64,000 nt of DNA from Thermodesulfobacteriota bacterium (lineage in GTDB: Bacteria; Desulfobacterota_D; UBA1144; Nemesobacterales; Mycalebacteriaceae). The stretch spans positions 160,001 to 224,000 of the forward strand of contig OZ245366.1 of assembly GCA_965226585.1 (NCBI GenBank). Reading direction: 5' to 3'. The notes under the pieces are model-generated. The model ran no database searches. It saw only the letters and a list, made by a program, of their open reading frames with translations, and was not told the origin of the DNA. This document shows positions 19,012 through 28,616 of this stretch, piece by piece; position 1 is the stretch's first letter; each line of letters begins with the position of its first letter. Both the position numbers and the translations under genes were made by a program.

Positions 19012-19737
19012 ATGGAAATAAACGAAGAAATATTCAGCAGAAGCAAAGACAAAAAGGGACCCGAAGGCACAAAAATTCTCGGCACCGGCGCGAAAATTCT
19101 GTGGCTGATGCTCACAAAGCCGATTGAGGACTACCTCATAGAAAAAAGGTGCCACCCGGACGCTCTCACATACACAACACTTCTGGTTTCCGCCTTCACG
19201 GGACTTCTGTTCTCGCAGGGGTGGATATTTCTCGCGGGTGTTTTTCTGCTTGCCGGCTCAACCGCAGATATTTTTGACGGCCGCCTTGCGCGAACTCTGA
19301 ACGTTTCTTCCCCGCGCGGCGCGTTTCTTGATTCATGCGTTGACCGGGTGGCGGAGATTTTCATCTACCTCGGTGTTATGAGCCACTTGCGCGACTCGGT
19401 TTTCATATACGTGATAGTTCTTGTTGTCGGCTCATCCGTGCTGGTCAGTTACGTGCGGGCGCGCGCCGAGGGGCTTGGCATCAGTTGCAGTATGGGAATT
19501 ATGCAGAGAACCGAACGGGTGGTCTATCTGGGGGTCGCTTCCATGCTGAACTTCATTATTGACGGGATTGCGCGTTTCGGGGGTTTGAGCGGAGGAGACT
19601 ACGGCTTGAAAATCGCGCTTATCGCCCTGCTTGTTTTCTCAACCTACACGGCTTTTGAGCGCGTGAGGCACACGCTGGGAGAGATTGAAAAACAGAGTGG
19701 AGATTCCGCGCCGCCGTGGCGGCCGCCGGGTGGCTGA
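19012..19737 (+). CDS. CDP-alcohol phosphatidyltransferase (phosphatidylinositol-phosphate synthase-like)
   Basis: D..DG.LAR...S..GAFLDS..DR motif; VSYVRARAEGLG...G...R.ER. Confidence 0.85.
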   Translation: MEINEEIFSRSKDKKGPEGTKILGTGAKILWLMLTKPIEDYLIEKRCHPDALTYTTLLVSAFTGLLFSQGWIFLAGVFLLAGSTADIFDGRLARTLNVSSPRGAFLDSCVDRVAEIFIYLGVMSHLRDSVFIYVIVLVVGSSVLVSYVRARAEGLGISCSMGIMQRTERVVYLGVASMLNFIIDGIARFGGLSGGDYGLKIALIALLVFSTYTAFERVRHTLGEIEKQSGDSAPPWRPPGG

Positions 19738-19741
19738 AGGG

Positions 19742-20095
19742 TCAGCCGCCTTTTACCCTTTCTTTTATCCTGCTGGCTTTCTTGGAAAGTCCGCGCATGT
19801 AGTAAAGTTTCGCCCTTCTGACCTTGCCAGGCCGTTTCAGTTCAATCTTGTTTATGAGAGGGGAATGAAACGGGAAAATTCTCTCCACGCCGACTCCGTA
19901 TGACACCTTTCTGACGGTGAAGGTTCGGCGCATTCCGCCGCCTTTGAGGCTTATAACCGTCCCTTCAAAAACCTGATTCCTTCTTTTGTCGCCTTCAAGA
20001 ATGTTGTAGTGAACGGCGATAAGGTCTCCGGGACGGAAACCGGGCATATCGCTTCTTACTTGCGCCTGTTCAAAATCTTCAATTATTCTGCTCAT
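19742..20095 (-). CDS. rplS: 50S ribosomal protein L19
   Basis: [36 protein letters not shown]. Confidence 0.98.
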   Translation of the reverse strand: MSRIIEDFEQAQVRSDMPGFRPGDLIAVHYNILEGDKRRNQVFEGTVISLKGGGMRRTFTVRKVSYGVGVERIFPFHSPLINKIELKRPGKVRRAKLYYMRGLSKKASRIKERVKGG

Positions 20096-20110
20096 CTGTT
20101 CTCTCCCGAA

Positions 20111-21409
20111 TCAAAACCTGCACGAAAACAGCCTGTCCATTATCGCCGCCGCCGCGCCGCGAACCGGAAGGTGGTTATAATTGCCGTAACCCCTCAGCGG
20201 TTTAAGCACATGGTCGGCTGATTCTATCACCTCGCGGGCAATTCCCCAACCCGTGCCCAGAAGAAGAAGATACGGACGGTCTGCCGCCATAATCCTCTCC
20301 CTCATTTCCCCGTATCCGGTCATGTTTCCGTCAAACCTCGCGTCAGTCGCGATAACTTCGGGTTTTGCGCCCTCAATTTTCTCTATCGCGTCCTTAACCT
20401 CTCCGAGCCCCGTCTCCATTCTCACAATACGCATCGCGTCACGGCGGGTTGGATTAAACTCCGCGCCCGCGCCGTCTGTCCAGTGTTTCAGAACCCTCTG
20501 CGCGAGTTCCCGCTGTTCGGCAACGGGATTTACCAGAAAAAAGTTTTTCACCCCGTAAGTCCGGCACGTTCTGGCTATGTCGTGAATATCCAGATTCGTA
20601 AACGCAGACGCAACCGTCTTGAACTCCTTATTGTATACGGGATAGTGGAGCAAGGCAACATACGCCCTGTAGCCGGGCGCGGTGTCTTTCTGCAGTTTGC
20701 ACAGCGCGGCGGTTTCGTCTTTTGAAAGTTTTGAGCGGTCAAGAATATCTGGTCTTTTGCGGAGAGTGTTTTTTATGCGCGCCTCTTTTCTCCACTCCGC
20801 CACTTTCGCGTGGTTTCCCGAAAGAAGCACCGGCGGCACCTCCGCGCCCCGGTAGTTTTCAGGGCGCGTGTATTGCGGATGACTCAGGAGACCGCCGGAA
20901 AGAGATTCGTCTTCGGTGGAAGCGGTGTTTCCCACAACGCCGGGAATCAGGCGGGAAACCGAGTCCGTTATCACGGCGGCGGCGTATTCCCCGCCTGAAA
21001 TTATGTAGTCTCCGATTGAAACCTCCATATCTATGTGCAAATCGTTCACCCTTTCATCAACGCCCTCATACCGTCCGCACACGATAACAATTTTGTCAAA
21101 GTCCAGAAGTTTCCGCGCCATTTTCCCGTCAAACGGCTTGCCCTGAGCCGAGGTGAGCAGGGTAGCCGTCTTTTCCGTCCCTGATTTTGCGGAGTCAATC
21201 GCCTTGCCAAGCGGCTCCGGAAGAAACAGCATTCCCTCGCCGCCGCCGTAGGGTTTGTCGTCAACAACCTTGTGTTTGTCTCCGGCAAAGTCTCTGAGGT
21301 TGGACACTTTGATGTCCACAAGCCCTTTCTCACGAGCTTTTGACAAAATCCCGCAGGAAAAAACCGAATCAAAAAACTCAGGAAATATGGTGATAATTTC
21401 GTATTTCAT
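20111..21409 (-). CDS. trmD: tRNA (guanine37-N1)-methyltransferase TrmD fused to a second SPOUT domain (TM1570/DUF2168-like)
   Basis: TrmD motifs VDDKPYGGG, CGRYEGVDER, SIGDY, PQYTRP, then YVALLHYPV..TNLDIHDIART..TYGV..GTGWG..YNHLPVR in the same frame. Confidence 0.93.
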   Translation of the reverse strand: MKYEIITIFPEFFDSVFSCGILSKAREKGLVDIKVSNLRDFAGDKHKVVDDKPYGGGEGMLFLPEPLGKAIDSAKSGTEKTATLLTSAQGKPFDGKMARKLLDFDKIVIVCGRYEGVDERVNDLHIDMEVSIGDYIISGGEYAAAVITDSVSRLIPGVVGNTASTEDESLSGGLLSHPQYTRPENYRGAEVPPVLLSGNHAKVAEWRKEARIKNTLRKRPDILDRSKLSKDETAALCKLQKDTAPGYRAYVALLHYPVYNKEFKTVASAFTNLDIHDIARTCRTYGVKNFFLVNPVAEQRELAQRVLKHWTDGAGAEFNPTRRDAMRIVRMETGLGEVKDAIEKIEGAKPEVIATDARFDGNMTGYGEMRERIMAADRPYLLLLGTGWGIAREVIESADHVLKPLRGYGNYNHLPVRGAAAAIMDRLFSCRF

Positions 21410-21924
21410 TGGTTCTCTTCAAGCATCTCCGTGTTTCTGACAACCACCTCTCCCGCGCTTATATCCACTCGCTCTATGAATTTTTCCACAAGCGGAACAA
21501 GAAGGTCGCCGCCGCCGGTTTTTGATATCACAAGCACAGACTGTAAACCCGTGTGCAAAACAGACTCCACCTCTCCCGCCGCCTCGCCCCGCCGGGTAAC
21601 CGCGCGCAAACCGGTGAGTTGAAAATCGTAGTACTCGCCATCCGCCGCCGGAGGCAGGTCGGCCTCCTCCACCATAACAACCGCGCCGTGAAAACCTTGC
21701 GCCTGAGAAGGAGTTTCAACACCCCGCAGTTTTATTATCGCGTCTTTTGCCCGGAAAGTTTTTTCCGTTATATCAAAACTTCGCGGCGCGGACGCGCCTG
21801 ATGTTTTTACGTAAATGCGTTTTATGCTTTTGAGAGCGGACAGGTCGCCGCTTAAGGAAACCAGTTTCAAGCCTCCGGAAAGACCGTGGCTTTTTGCAAT
21901 CCTTCCGTAATCAATCAGCCTCAT
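21406..21924 (-). CDS. rimM: Ribosome maturation factor RimM
   Basis: GRIAKSHGLSG.LK, EYYDFQLTGL, LVPLV; canonical position in the operon. Confidence 0.93.
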   Translation of the reverse strand: MRLIDYGRIAKSHGLSGGLKLVSLSGDLSALKSIKRIYVKTSGASAPRSFDITEKTFRAKDAIIKLRGVETPSQAQGFHGAVVMVEEADLPPAADGEYYDFQLTGLRAVTRRGEAAGEVESVLHTGLQSVLVISKTGGGDLLVPLVEKFIERVDISAGEVVVRNTEMLEENQ

Positions 21925-21935
21925 CGCCTCCCGGC

Positions 21936-22175
21936 TTAGTCAACTATGTCCATCGTGAACCATGTGCCGCGCTTTGCGGCGGCGGCACTCAGAAGAACCC
22001 TGAGTGCTTTCGCGGTTTTGCCCTGTCTTCCTATTATCTTCCCCATATCGGGCTGGGCAACTTTGAGGCGGAGAGCCGTTTTGCCTTCCGTAACGGACTC
22101 CTCTATCTCAACCCTTTCCGGCTCGTCAACTATTGACGCGGCGAGGAAGTGAAGCAGATCCTTCAGACTTCCCAT
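21936..22175 (-). CDS. khpA: KH-domain RNA-binding protein
   Basis: [24 protein letters not shown]; between rpsP and rimM. Confidence 0.92.
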   Translation of the reverse strand: MGSLKDLLHFLAASIVDEPERVEIEESVTEGKTALRLKVAQPDMGKIIGRQGKTAKALRVLLSAAAAKRGTWFTMDIVD

Positions 22176-22408
22176 TTTTCAATCCCCGAAATCAGTTTCT
22201 TAACCGTGTTTGACGGCTTCGCGCCTTTTGAAACCCATGCCTTAAACTTTTCCCCGTCAACCTTCAACTCATGCGGTCTTTTGACCGGGTCATAAAATCC
22301 GAGAATCTCAAGAAATTTCCCGTCTCTCGCGCGACGCGAATCAGCCGCGACAATCCTGTAAAACGGTTTCTTCTTCGCTCCCATTCTTGTAAGTCGTATT
22401 CTTACCAA
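22163..22408 (-). CDS. rpsP: 30S ribosomal protein S16
   Basis: [36 protein letters not shown] start at 22408 with GAGGGG upstream. Confidence 0.96.
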   Translation of the reverse strand: MVRIRLTRMGAKKKPFYRIVAADSRRARDGKFLEILGFYDPVKRPHELKVDGEKFKAWVSKGAKPSNTVKKLISGIEKWEV

Positions 22409-22482
22409 AGTCCAACCCCCTCGGCGGAAAACCGCCCGCTTTGAGCAAGGCAAGTGTATACCATTATCAAAAAGTTCCAAAC

Positions 22483-23808
22483 TCACGCAAGCCCCGGAAT
22501 TTTTCCGGCAAGCGCGCCGCCCGCGCCTTTCTTCATAAGCGATTGCATCTTTATAAACTGCTTTATCGTCCTGTTGACCTCCGCCACGGTCGTTCCGCTT
22601 CCCTTTGCTATCCTCTTCCTTCTGCTTCCGTTTATGATTCTGTGGTCTCTTCTCTCTCGCGGCGTCATGGAATCAACAATGGCTATTCCTTTCTTCATCG
22701 CCGCCCGCGCCTTGTCGGTCGCCTGCTGATTTTTCAAAAGCCCCGCCGCTCCGGGAACCATCGCGGCTACGCTCTCAATGGAGCCCATTTTCCCGACCGC
22801 CTGAATGCTCTGCCTGTAGTCCTCAAGGGTGAAGCGGTTTTTGAGCGCGGCGCGGGCAAGACGCTCCGCTTCCTCTTCTGAAACCGCATCCTGCGCCTTT
22901 TCCACAAGCGTCATCACGTCTCCCATTCCGAGAATGCGGGACGCTATCCTTTCAGGATGAAAAACCTCAATATCGTCCGTTTTTTCCCCCGTTCCGAAAA
23001 ACTTTATGGGCTTTCCCGTCACGGCGCGCATGGACAGAGCCGCCCCGCCGCGTGAATCGCCGTCCATCTTGGTGAGAACCACGCCGCTTATATCAAGCGC
23101 CTCGTTGAAACTCTGCGCCACATTAACGGCGTCCTGCCCCGTCATCGCGTCCGCAACGAGCAGAATCTCATCGGGCGCGGCGGCTGAGATGATGCGTTTC
23201 AATTCTCCCATCAGTTCTTCGTCTATGTGGAGACGCCCGGCGGTGTCGAAAATCACGGTGTCAAAACCGTTCGGGCGGGCAAACTGTTTCGCGCCGGAGC
23301 ATATCTGTTCGGGTGTCGCGCCTTCGGGCGGCTCGTAGAAACCCGCGCCGACCGATGAGGCGAGCGTTCTCAACTGCTCTTTTGCGGCGGGGCGGTGAAC
23401 ATCTGCCGGAACAAGCAGGGTTTTTGCCTTCTGTTTTGAGAGGAAAACCGACAGTTTCGCGCAGAAGGTTGTTTTTCCCGCGCCCTGAAGCCCCGCCGTC
23501 ATAATAGAGAAAGGCGATGAGCGGCGCGTAAGCCCTTCGCTTTTTTCACCGAGAAACGCGGTCAGTTCATCTTTTACGGTTTTTACGAAATGCTGTCCGG
23601 CGGTAAGCCCTTTTTCCGGCTCCGAGCCGAGCGTTTTGCTTTTTACGGACTCAACAAAATCCTTCACGACCCGGAAGTTGACGTCCGCCTCAAGCAGGCT
23701 CAGGCGCACCTCCCTGAGCGTGGAGTCAATATTCTCCTCCGTCAGCCGTGTGCCGCGCCCCGCTTTGCCCAGTATTGCGGAGAATTTTTCAGAAATTCCT
23801 TCAAACAT
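22483..23808 (-). CDS. ffh: Signal recognition particle protein Ffh
   Basis: [47 protein letters not shown]. Start placed at ATG 23808. Confidence 0.97.
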   Translation of the reverse strand: MFEGISEKFSAILGKAGRGTRLTEENIDSTLREVRLSLLEADVNFRVVKDFVESVKSKTLGSEPEKGLTAGQHFVKTVKDELTAFLGEKSEGLTRRSSPFSIMTAGLQGAGKTTFCAKLSVFLSKQKAKTLLVPADVHRPAAKEQLRTLASSVGAGFYEPPEGATPEQICSGAKQFARPNGFDTVIFDTAGRLHIDEELMGELKRIISAAAPDEILLVADAMTGQDAVNVAQSFNEALDISGVVLTKMDGDSRGGAALSMRAVTGKPIKFFGTGEKTDDIEVFHPERIASRILGMGDVMTLVEKAQDAVSEEEAERLARAALKNRFTLEDYRQSIQAVGKMGSIESVAAMVPGAAGLLKNQQATDKARAAMKKGIAIVDSMTPRERRDHRIINGSRRKRIAKGSGTTVAEVNRTIKQFIKMQSLMKKGAGGALAGKIPGLA

Positions 23809-23871
23809 TGCTCTGTGGATTCTACCGGAATAAAACTGGACAACACGAATTTTATCCTTAAAATTCGTGTG

Positions 23872-24450
23872 ATGTCCGAAGTAATGACTTATCTGAAAAA
23901 TGCCGTTTCGCATCCCCTGCGCACGGCGTCTTTGCTCCCGTCTTCGGAGCGGCTCAGCAACATGATTGTGAATACGGCTGAGGTTTTGCGCGCCGATGTG
24001 ATTGTGGAGTTCGGCTCCGGAACGGGAGCGATTACGGAAAAAATAATTGAAAAAATGAACCCGTCCGCAAGGCTCGTGGCGATGGAGATAAATCCTGATT
24101 TTTCCGAGCAGACAAAGAAGCGGTTTCCGCAGGCGGTTGTTTTCAACAAGTGCGCGGGCGAAACGCTCGACTGCCTTGAGAGTCTGGGAATCGAGGGATG
24201 CGACAGAATTGTTTCGGGTCTGCCGTGGGCGGTTTTCGGAAGCAGTTTTCAGAAAAAACTTCTCTCCGCCGCGCGCGAAGCGTTGAACCCCGGAGGGGTT
24301 TTCGTTTCCTTTGCCTACGCGCCTATGCACGTTTTGCCGGGCGGAAAGAATTTCAGAAACAACCTTGAGGCAATGTTCAGCAAGGTGGAAAAAACAAAAA
24401 TCGAGTGGCGCAACCTGCCGCCGGCTTTTGTGTACCGCGCCCAAAAGTAA
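23872..24450 (+). CDS. SAM-dependent lipid N-methyltransferase (PmtA/COG3963-like)
   Basis: P..TAS.LPSS..L, VEFGSGTGAIT, EINPDF, IVSGLPW, LNPGG.FV.FAY, W.NLPPA.VY. Confidence 0.8.
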   Translation: MSEVMTYLKNAVSHPLRTASLLPSSERLSNMIVNTAEVLRADVIVEFGSGTGAITEKIIEKMNPSARLVAMEINPDFSEQTKKRFPQAVVFNKCAGETLDCLESLGIEGCDRIVSGLPWAVFGSSFQKKLLSAAREALNPGGVFVSFAYAPMHVLPGGKNFRNNLEAMFSKVEKTKIEWRNLPPAFVYRAQK

Positions 24451-24458
24451 GGGGTTTT

Positions 24459-24487
24459 TTGACACCCCGCGCCCCAGTCCCTACACT
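24459..24487 (+). promoter_or_regulatory. Putative sigma70 promoter of polA (leaderless geometry)
   Basis: TTGACA-17-TACACT, 7 nt before ATG 24495; no SD sequence. Confidence 0.7.
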
Positions 24488-24494
24488 TCCGTTT

Positions 24495-27158
24495 ATGCCC
24501 CCCTTGTATCTGATAGACGGCAGTTCGTATGTTTTCCGCGCCTACTACGCGGTCAACCGGAGTTTCACAACATCAGACGGATTTCCCACAAACGCCGTTT
24601 TCGGATTTTCAAACATACTGCGCAAATTTTTGAAAGATGTTGAACCAAAGTACGCGGGAGTAGTTTTTGATTCCAAAGGCGACACATTCAGAAACGAAAT
24701 GTATCCCGAATACAAGGCGAACCGAGGTCCCGCGCCTGAAGACTTGAGCGTGCAGATTGAAAAGATAATGGAGCTTGCGGACGCAATGGGCGTGAAGGTT
24801 CTTCAGAAAGAGGGATTTGAAGCGGACGACCTGATGGCAACGGTGGCAAAGGCGGAAGAGAAACGGGGCGGCGAAGTGGTGCTGGTTACCGGCGACAAAG
24901 ATTTCTGCCAGATAGTTTCAGAGCAAATCACCATTTTTGACACGGGCAAAGATCTTAAAATCGGAGTTGAGCAGGTCAAAGAAAAATACGGGCTCGCCCC
25001 CGAACGGTTTGTTGATTTTCTCGCCCTCGTGGGAGACGCATCCGACAACATTCCCGGAGTTGAAGGTGTGGGACCCAAAAGCGCGGCAAAACTGCTCGCC
25101 GAATACGGCTCGCTTGAAAAAGTTTACGAAAACACCGCCTCCCTGAAAGGCAAGCAGAGAGAGAGAATTGAGCGCGACAAAGACAAGGCGTTTTTGAGCA
25201 GAAAACTTGCCGAGTTGAAAACTGATGTGGACATAGAAACCGCGCGCGAAAGTTTTCTCTACGAAGGGGCAAAGAAGGAAAAACTTTCCGCCCTTCACAG
25301 AGAACTTGAGTTCGGCGAGGCGGCGGAAATAAAGAAACAGGAAACGGAAAACTACGAACTGATTTCAGACGCTGAGACTCTTGACTCTCTGATTGATGAG
25401 ATAAAAAAATCGGGAGTCGTTTCCATAGACCTTGAAACATCTTCCAAACGCCCGACCGAGGCAGACATTGTGGGAGCGGCTCTCACTACCGGGGGCGGAC
25501 GCCACTGCTACGTACCGGTGGCGCATGATGAAGTCCCCGGAGGGTGGGACGGAAAAGCCGCGCTTGAAAAAATCAAAACGGTCGCCGAAGACCCGGAGAT
25601 TAGAAAAATAGGGCAGAACCTGAAATACGAGCACATAGTTTTCGCGCGGAGCGGAATTGACTTCCGGGGCATCTTTTTTGACACGATGACCGCCGCGCAT
25701 TTTATCGATTCCTCTCACCTGAGTTACGGGCTTGATTTCCTCGCGCGCAAACATCTCGGACGCTCGCTCACGTCTTATAAGACTGCGACAACCGTGGACG
25801 GAAAACAGGTCGGGTTCGCAAACGTGCCGCTTGAGAAGGCAAAAAACTACGCCTGCGAAGATTCGGACGCCGCGATGGAGATTTACAAAAAACTGTCCGC
25901 CGAAGTTGACAGCGCGGGGCTCAGGGAAAACTACGACAGATGGTCTCTCGGTTTAACCGGCGTTATTTCCGCTATGGAAAGGGAAGGCGTTCTGATTGAC
26001 ACCGCAGGATTTGAGAAAATATCGCGTGAATTCGGGGAGAAAACCTCCGTCATATCAAGGCAGATATACGAGGCGGCGGGATATGAGTTGAACATAAACT
26101 CCACCGCGCAACTGAGGGAGCTGCTTTTCGGAAAACTGGGAATTGAAGCCACAAAACGCACGGCAAAGGGCGAGCCCTCAACAGACTCGGAAGTGCTTGG
26201 GTCAATCCTCCATCCCGTTGCGGGGCTGATACTAAAATACCGGGAGATTGCCAAACTGAAATCAACCTACGTTGACGCGCTTCCAAAACTTGTAAATCCC
26301 GAAACCGGAAGAATCCACACCTCGTACAGCCCCACCGGAACATCAACCGGAAGACTGAGTTCAAGCGACCCCAACCTTCAGAACATTCCCGTAAAAAGCG
26401 AGGAGGGAAGGAGAATCCGCCGGGCATTTGTTCCAAAAGACGGTTTTGTTTTTGTGTCCGCCGACTACTCGCAGATAGAACTGCGCCTGCTTGCCCACTT
26501 TTCTGGAGACGAAAAACTGACCGCCGCTTTTGAAAACGGCGAAGACATTCACCGCTCAACGGCGGCGGAAATATTCGGAGTTGAGCCCGCAGACGTAACG
26601 GCCGACATGAGGCGGCTCGCCAAGAACATAAACTTCGGAATCATCTACGGCATCAGCCCGTTCGGGCTTTCAAAACAGCTTGGCGCGTCCGTGAAGCAGT
26701 CGGGGGCGTATATGGAAGAATACTTCAGCCGCTACCCGAAAGTGAAAACGTATATGAGAAATTACGCGGAAAAGGCGCGGGTGGCGGGCTACGCGGAAAC
26801 GATTGCCGGGCGGAGAAGACCCATTCCTGAACTGCGCTCAAAAAACAGGCTGAAAATAAAAAACGGCGAAAGAGCGGCAATCAACACGCCCATTCAGGGG
26901 TCTGCGGCGGACATAATCAACGCCGCGATGATAAACATCCACGAGAAACTTCTGCCCATGCGGTCGGTGATGATTCTTCAGGTTCACGATGAACTGATAT
27001 TTGAGGCGACTGTGGACGAAAAGGAAAAGGTTGCCGCGATAGCGAAGCGGGAAATGGAAAGCACCCCTTTCAAACTTGTAACGCCCATGAGGGTTGAGTT
27101 GAAAGAGGGAACAAACTGGGCGGAGATGGAAGAGCCGCCCTACTTTTCCGATATGTAA
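24495..27158 (+). CDS. polA: DNA polymerase I
   Basis: LIDGSSYVFRAYYA 5'-exo domain, DLET, ADYSQIELR, AKNINFGIIYG, QVHDELIFE. Confidence 0.98.
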   Translation: MPPLYLIDGSSYVFRAYYAVNRSFTTSDGFPTNAVFGFSNILRKFLKDVEPKYAGVVFDSKGDTFRNEMYPEYKANRGPAPEDLSVQIEKIMELADAMGVKVLQKEGFEADDLMATVAKAEEKRGGEVVLVTGDKDFCQIVSEQITIFDTGKDLKIGVEQVKEKYGLAPERFVDFLALVGDASDNIPGVEGVGPKSAAKLLAEYGSLEKVYENTASLKGKQRERIERDKDKAFLSRKLAELKTDVDIETARESFLYEGAKKEKLSALHRELEFGEAAEIKKQETENYELISDAETLDSLIDEIKKSGVVSIDLETSSKRPTEADIVGAALTTGGGRHCYVPVAHDEVPGGWDGKAALEKIKTVAEDPEIRKIGQNLKYEHIVFARSGIDFRGIFFDTMTAAHFIDSSHLSYGLDFLARKHLGRSLTSYKTATTVDGKQVGFANVPLEKAKNYACEDSDAAMEIYKKLSAEVDSAGLRENYDRWSLGLTGVISAMEREGVLIDTAGFEKISREFGEKTSVISRQIYEAAGYELNINSTAQLRELLFGKLGIEATKRTAKGEPSTDSEVLGSILHPVAGLILKYREIAKLKSTYVDALPKLVNPETGRIHTSYSPTGTSTGRLSSSDPNLQNIPVKSEEGRRIRRAFVPKDGFVFVSADYSQIELRLLAHFSGDEKLTAAFENGEDIHRSTAAEIFGVEPADVTADMRRLAKNINFGIIYGISPFGLSKQLGASVKQSGAYMEEYFSRYPKVKTYMRNYAEKARVAGYAETIAGRRRPIPELRSKNRLKIKNGERAAINTPIQGSAADIINAAMINIHEKLLPMRSVMILQVHDELIFEATVDEKEKVAAIAKREMESTPFKLVTPMRVELKEGTNWAEMEEPPYFSDM

Positions 27159-28606
27159 TCCACCAGAGTTCTGACACCGAACCCGGACGCGCCTTTGGGA
27201 TACCAGTCGTTTCCCCTTTCAAGATAGGCGGGACCGGCGATGTCCAGATGCGCCCAAGGGGTGTCTGAAACAAAATGCTCAAGGAAAAGCGCGGCGGTTA
27301 TCGCCCCGCCCCAGCGGTTTCCGGCGTTTTTAATGTCGGCGATATCGCTCTCTATGTCTTTGCGAAGATCTGCCGAAAGGGGAAGTTCCCAAACATTTTC
27401 GCCCGCGCGGGCGGATGAGCGTTTGATGCCGTTTATAACTTTTTCGCTGTTTCCCATAACTCCCGCCGTGTTCATTCCGAGGGCAACCACGCACGCCCCC
27501 GTGAGTGTGGCGAGGTCTATTATCTCCTTCGCGCCCTCCTCAACCGCGTAGCTGAGCGCGTCTGCGAGAACCACGCGCCCTTCGGCGTCTGTGTTGACAA
27601 TCTCAACCGTTTTCCCATTCATCGGTCTGACCACATCATCCGGTCTGTAGGCGGAGGGTCCGGTCATGTTTTCCGCAGAACCCACAATTCCGTGAACGGT
27701 AACGGAGGGCTTCAAGCCGGCAACCGCTTTCATCGCCCCTATAACCGCCGCCGCCCCGGACATATCCATCTTCATCGTTCTCATCGCTTCGGCGGGCTTG
27801 AGGCTCAGACCGCCGGAATCAAAAGTGATTCCTTTGCCGACAATGGCAAGCGGCCGCGAGCGTTTCGCGCGGGCGGGGCGGTAGGTCATGTGTATCAGGC
27901 GCGGAGGATTTGAGCTTCCCGCGCCCACGGCGAGAATTCCGCCCATGCCCTTTTCCTCCATCTCGTGCGGGTGGATTACAGAGCACTCAAGGCCTGAGTC
28001 AGAGCACATCTCCTGCGCGCGGTCGGCAAGGGCGGCGGGCGTGAGATTTGCGGGCGGTTCGTTGACGAGGTCTCTGCACATACGCACCGCTGACGCAACG
28101 CTTTCCGAACGTAGAGCGGACGATTTGAAAGACTTTTCGCTCACGCCCGAAACCACTGATATTTCGTCCGCACCTGATTGGGGGGCGGGTTCGCTTTTGT
28201 ATCTGGAAAATTCGTAGGAGCCGAGCAGCGCGCCCTCCATAAGAGCGCGAAGCGCGGGGGTGCTGTTTGAAACCGGAAAATCAAGGACGAGTTTTTTTAC
28301 GTGAGAGCCCGCGTTTTTTGCCGCAACCGAAGCGGCTTTGAAAAAATCTGCGGGGTCGGAAAACGATTTTCTTTTTCCAAGACCGGCAACCATCAATTCT
28401 GCGGCGGCAATTCCGCCCATTGTGTCAATCCTGAAAAAACTTCCGAGCCGCAAACCCCTTGAGCGTTCCACCCCCCGTGAAACGGCTCCGCGCAGTTTCC
28501 GGTCAATCGCGGCAAGCCGCTTCTCCTCTCCGTCATAAATTCCCGCGACAAGCAGGTCTGCCTTTACCCTCTGCGGGTCTTTTTTTATCAAACTGAACTT
28601 TGCCAT
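27140..28606 (-). CDS. pepA: Leucyl aminopeptidase (M17)
   Basis: GKGITFDSGG, MKMDMSGAA, NTDAEGR, DLATLTGA, WAHLDIAG. ATG 28606 preceded by AAGGAGA. Confidence 0.96.
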   Translation of the reverse strand: MAKFSLIKKDPQRVKADLLVAGIYDGEEKRLAAIDRKLRGAVSRGVERSRGLRLGSFFRIDTMGGIAAAELMVAGLGKRKSFSDPADFFKAASVAAKNAGSHVKKLVLDFPVSNSTPALRALMEGALLGSYEFSRYKSEPAPQSGADEISVVSGVSEKSFKSSALRSESVASAVRMCRDLVNEPPANLTPAALADRAQEMCSDSGLECSVIHPHEMEEKGMGGILAVGAGSSNPPRLIHMTYRPARAKRSRPLAIVGKGITFDSGGLSLKPAEAMRTMKMDMSGAAAVIGAMKAVAGLKPSVTVHGIVGSAENMTGPSAYRPDDVVRPMNGKTVEIVNTDAEGRVVLADALSYAVEEGAKEIIDLATLTGACVVALGMNTAGVMGNSEKVINGIKRSSARAGENVWELPLSADLRKDIESDIADIKNAGNRWGGAITAALFLEHFVSDTPWAHLDIAGPAYLERGNDWYPKGASGFGVRTLVDYISEK

Positions 28607-28616
28607 AACTTCTCCT

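Noticed and set aside
23809..24465. 218-aa N-terminal extension of Ffh in the ORF track
   Set aside because: It is the antisense of the methyltransferase gene; Ffh homology begins at MFEG (23808).
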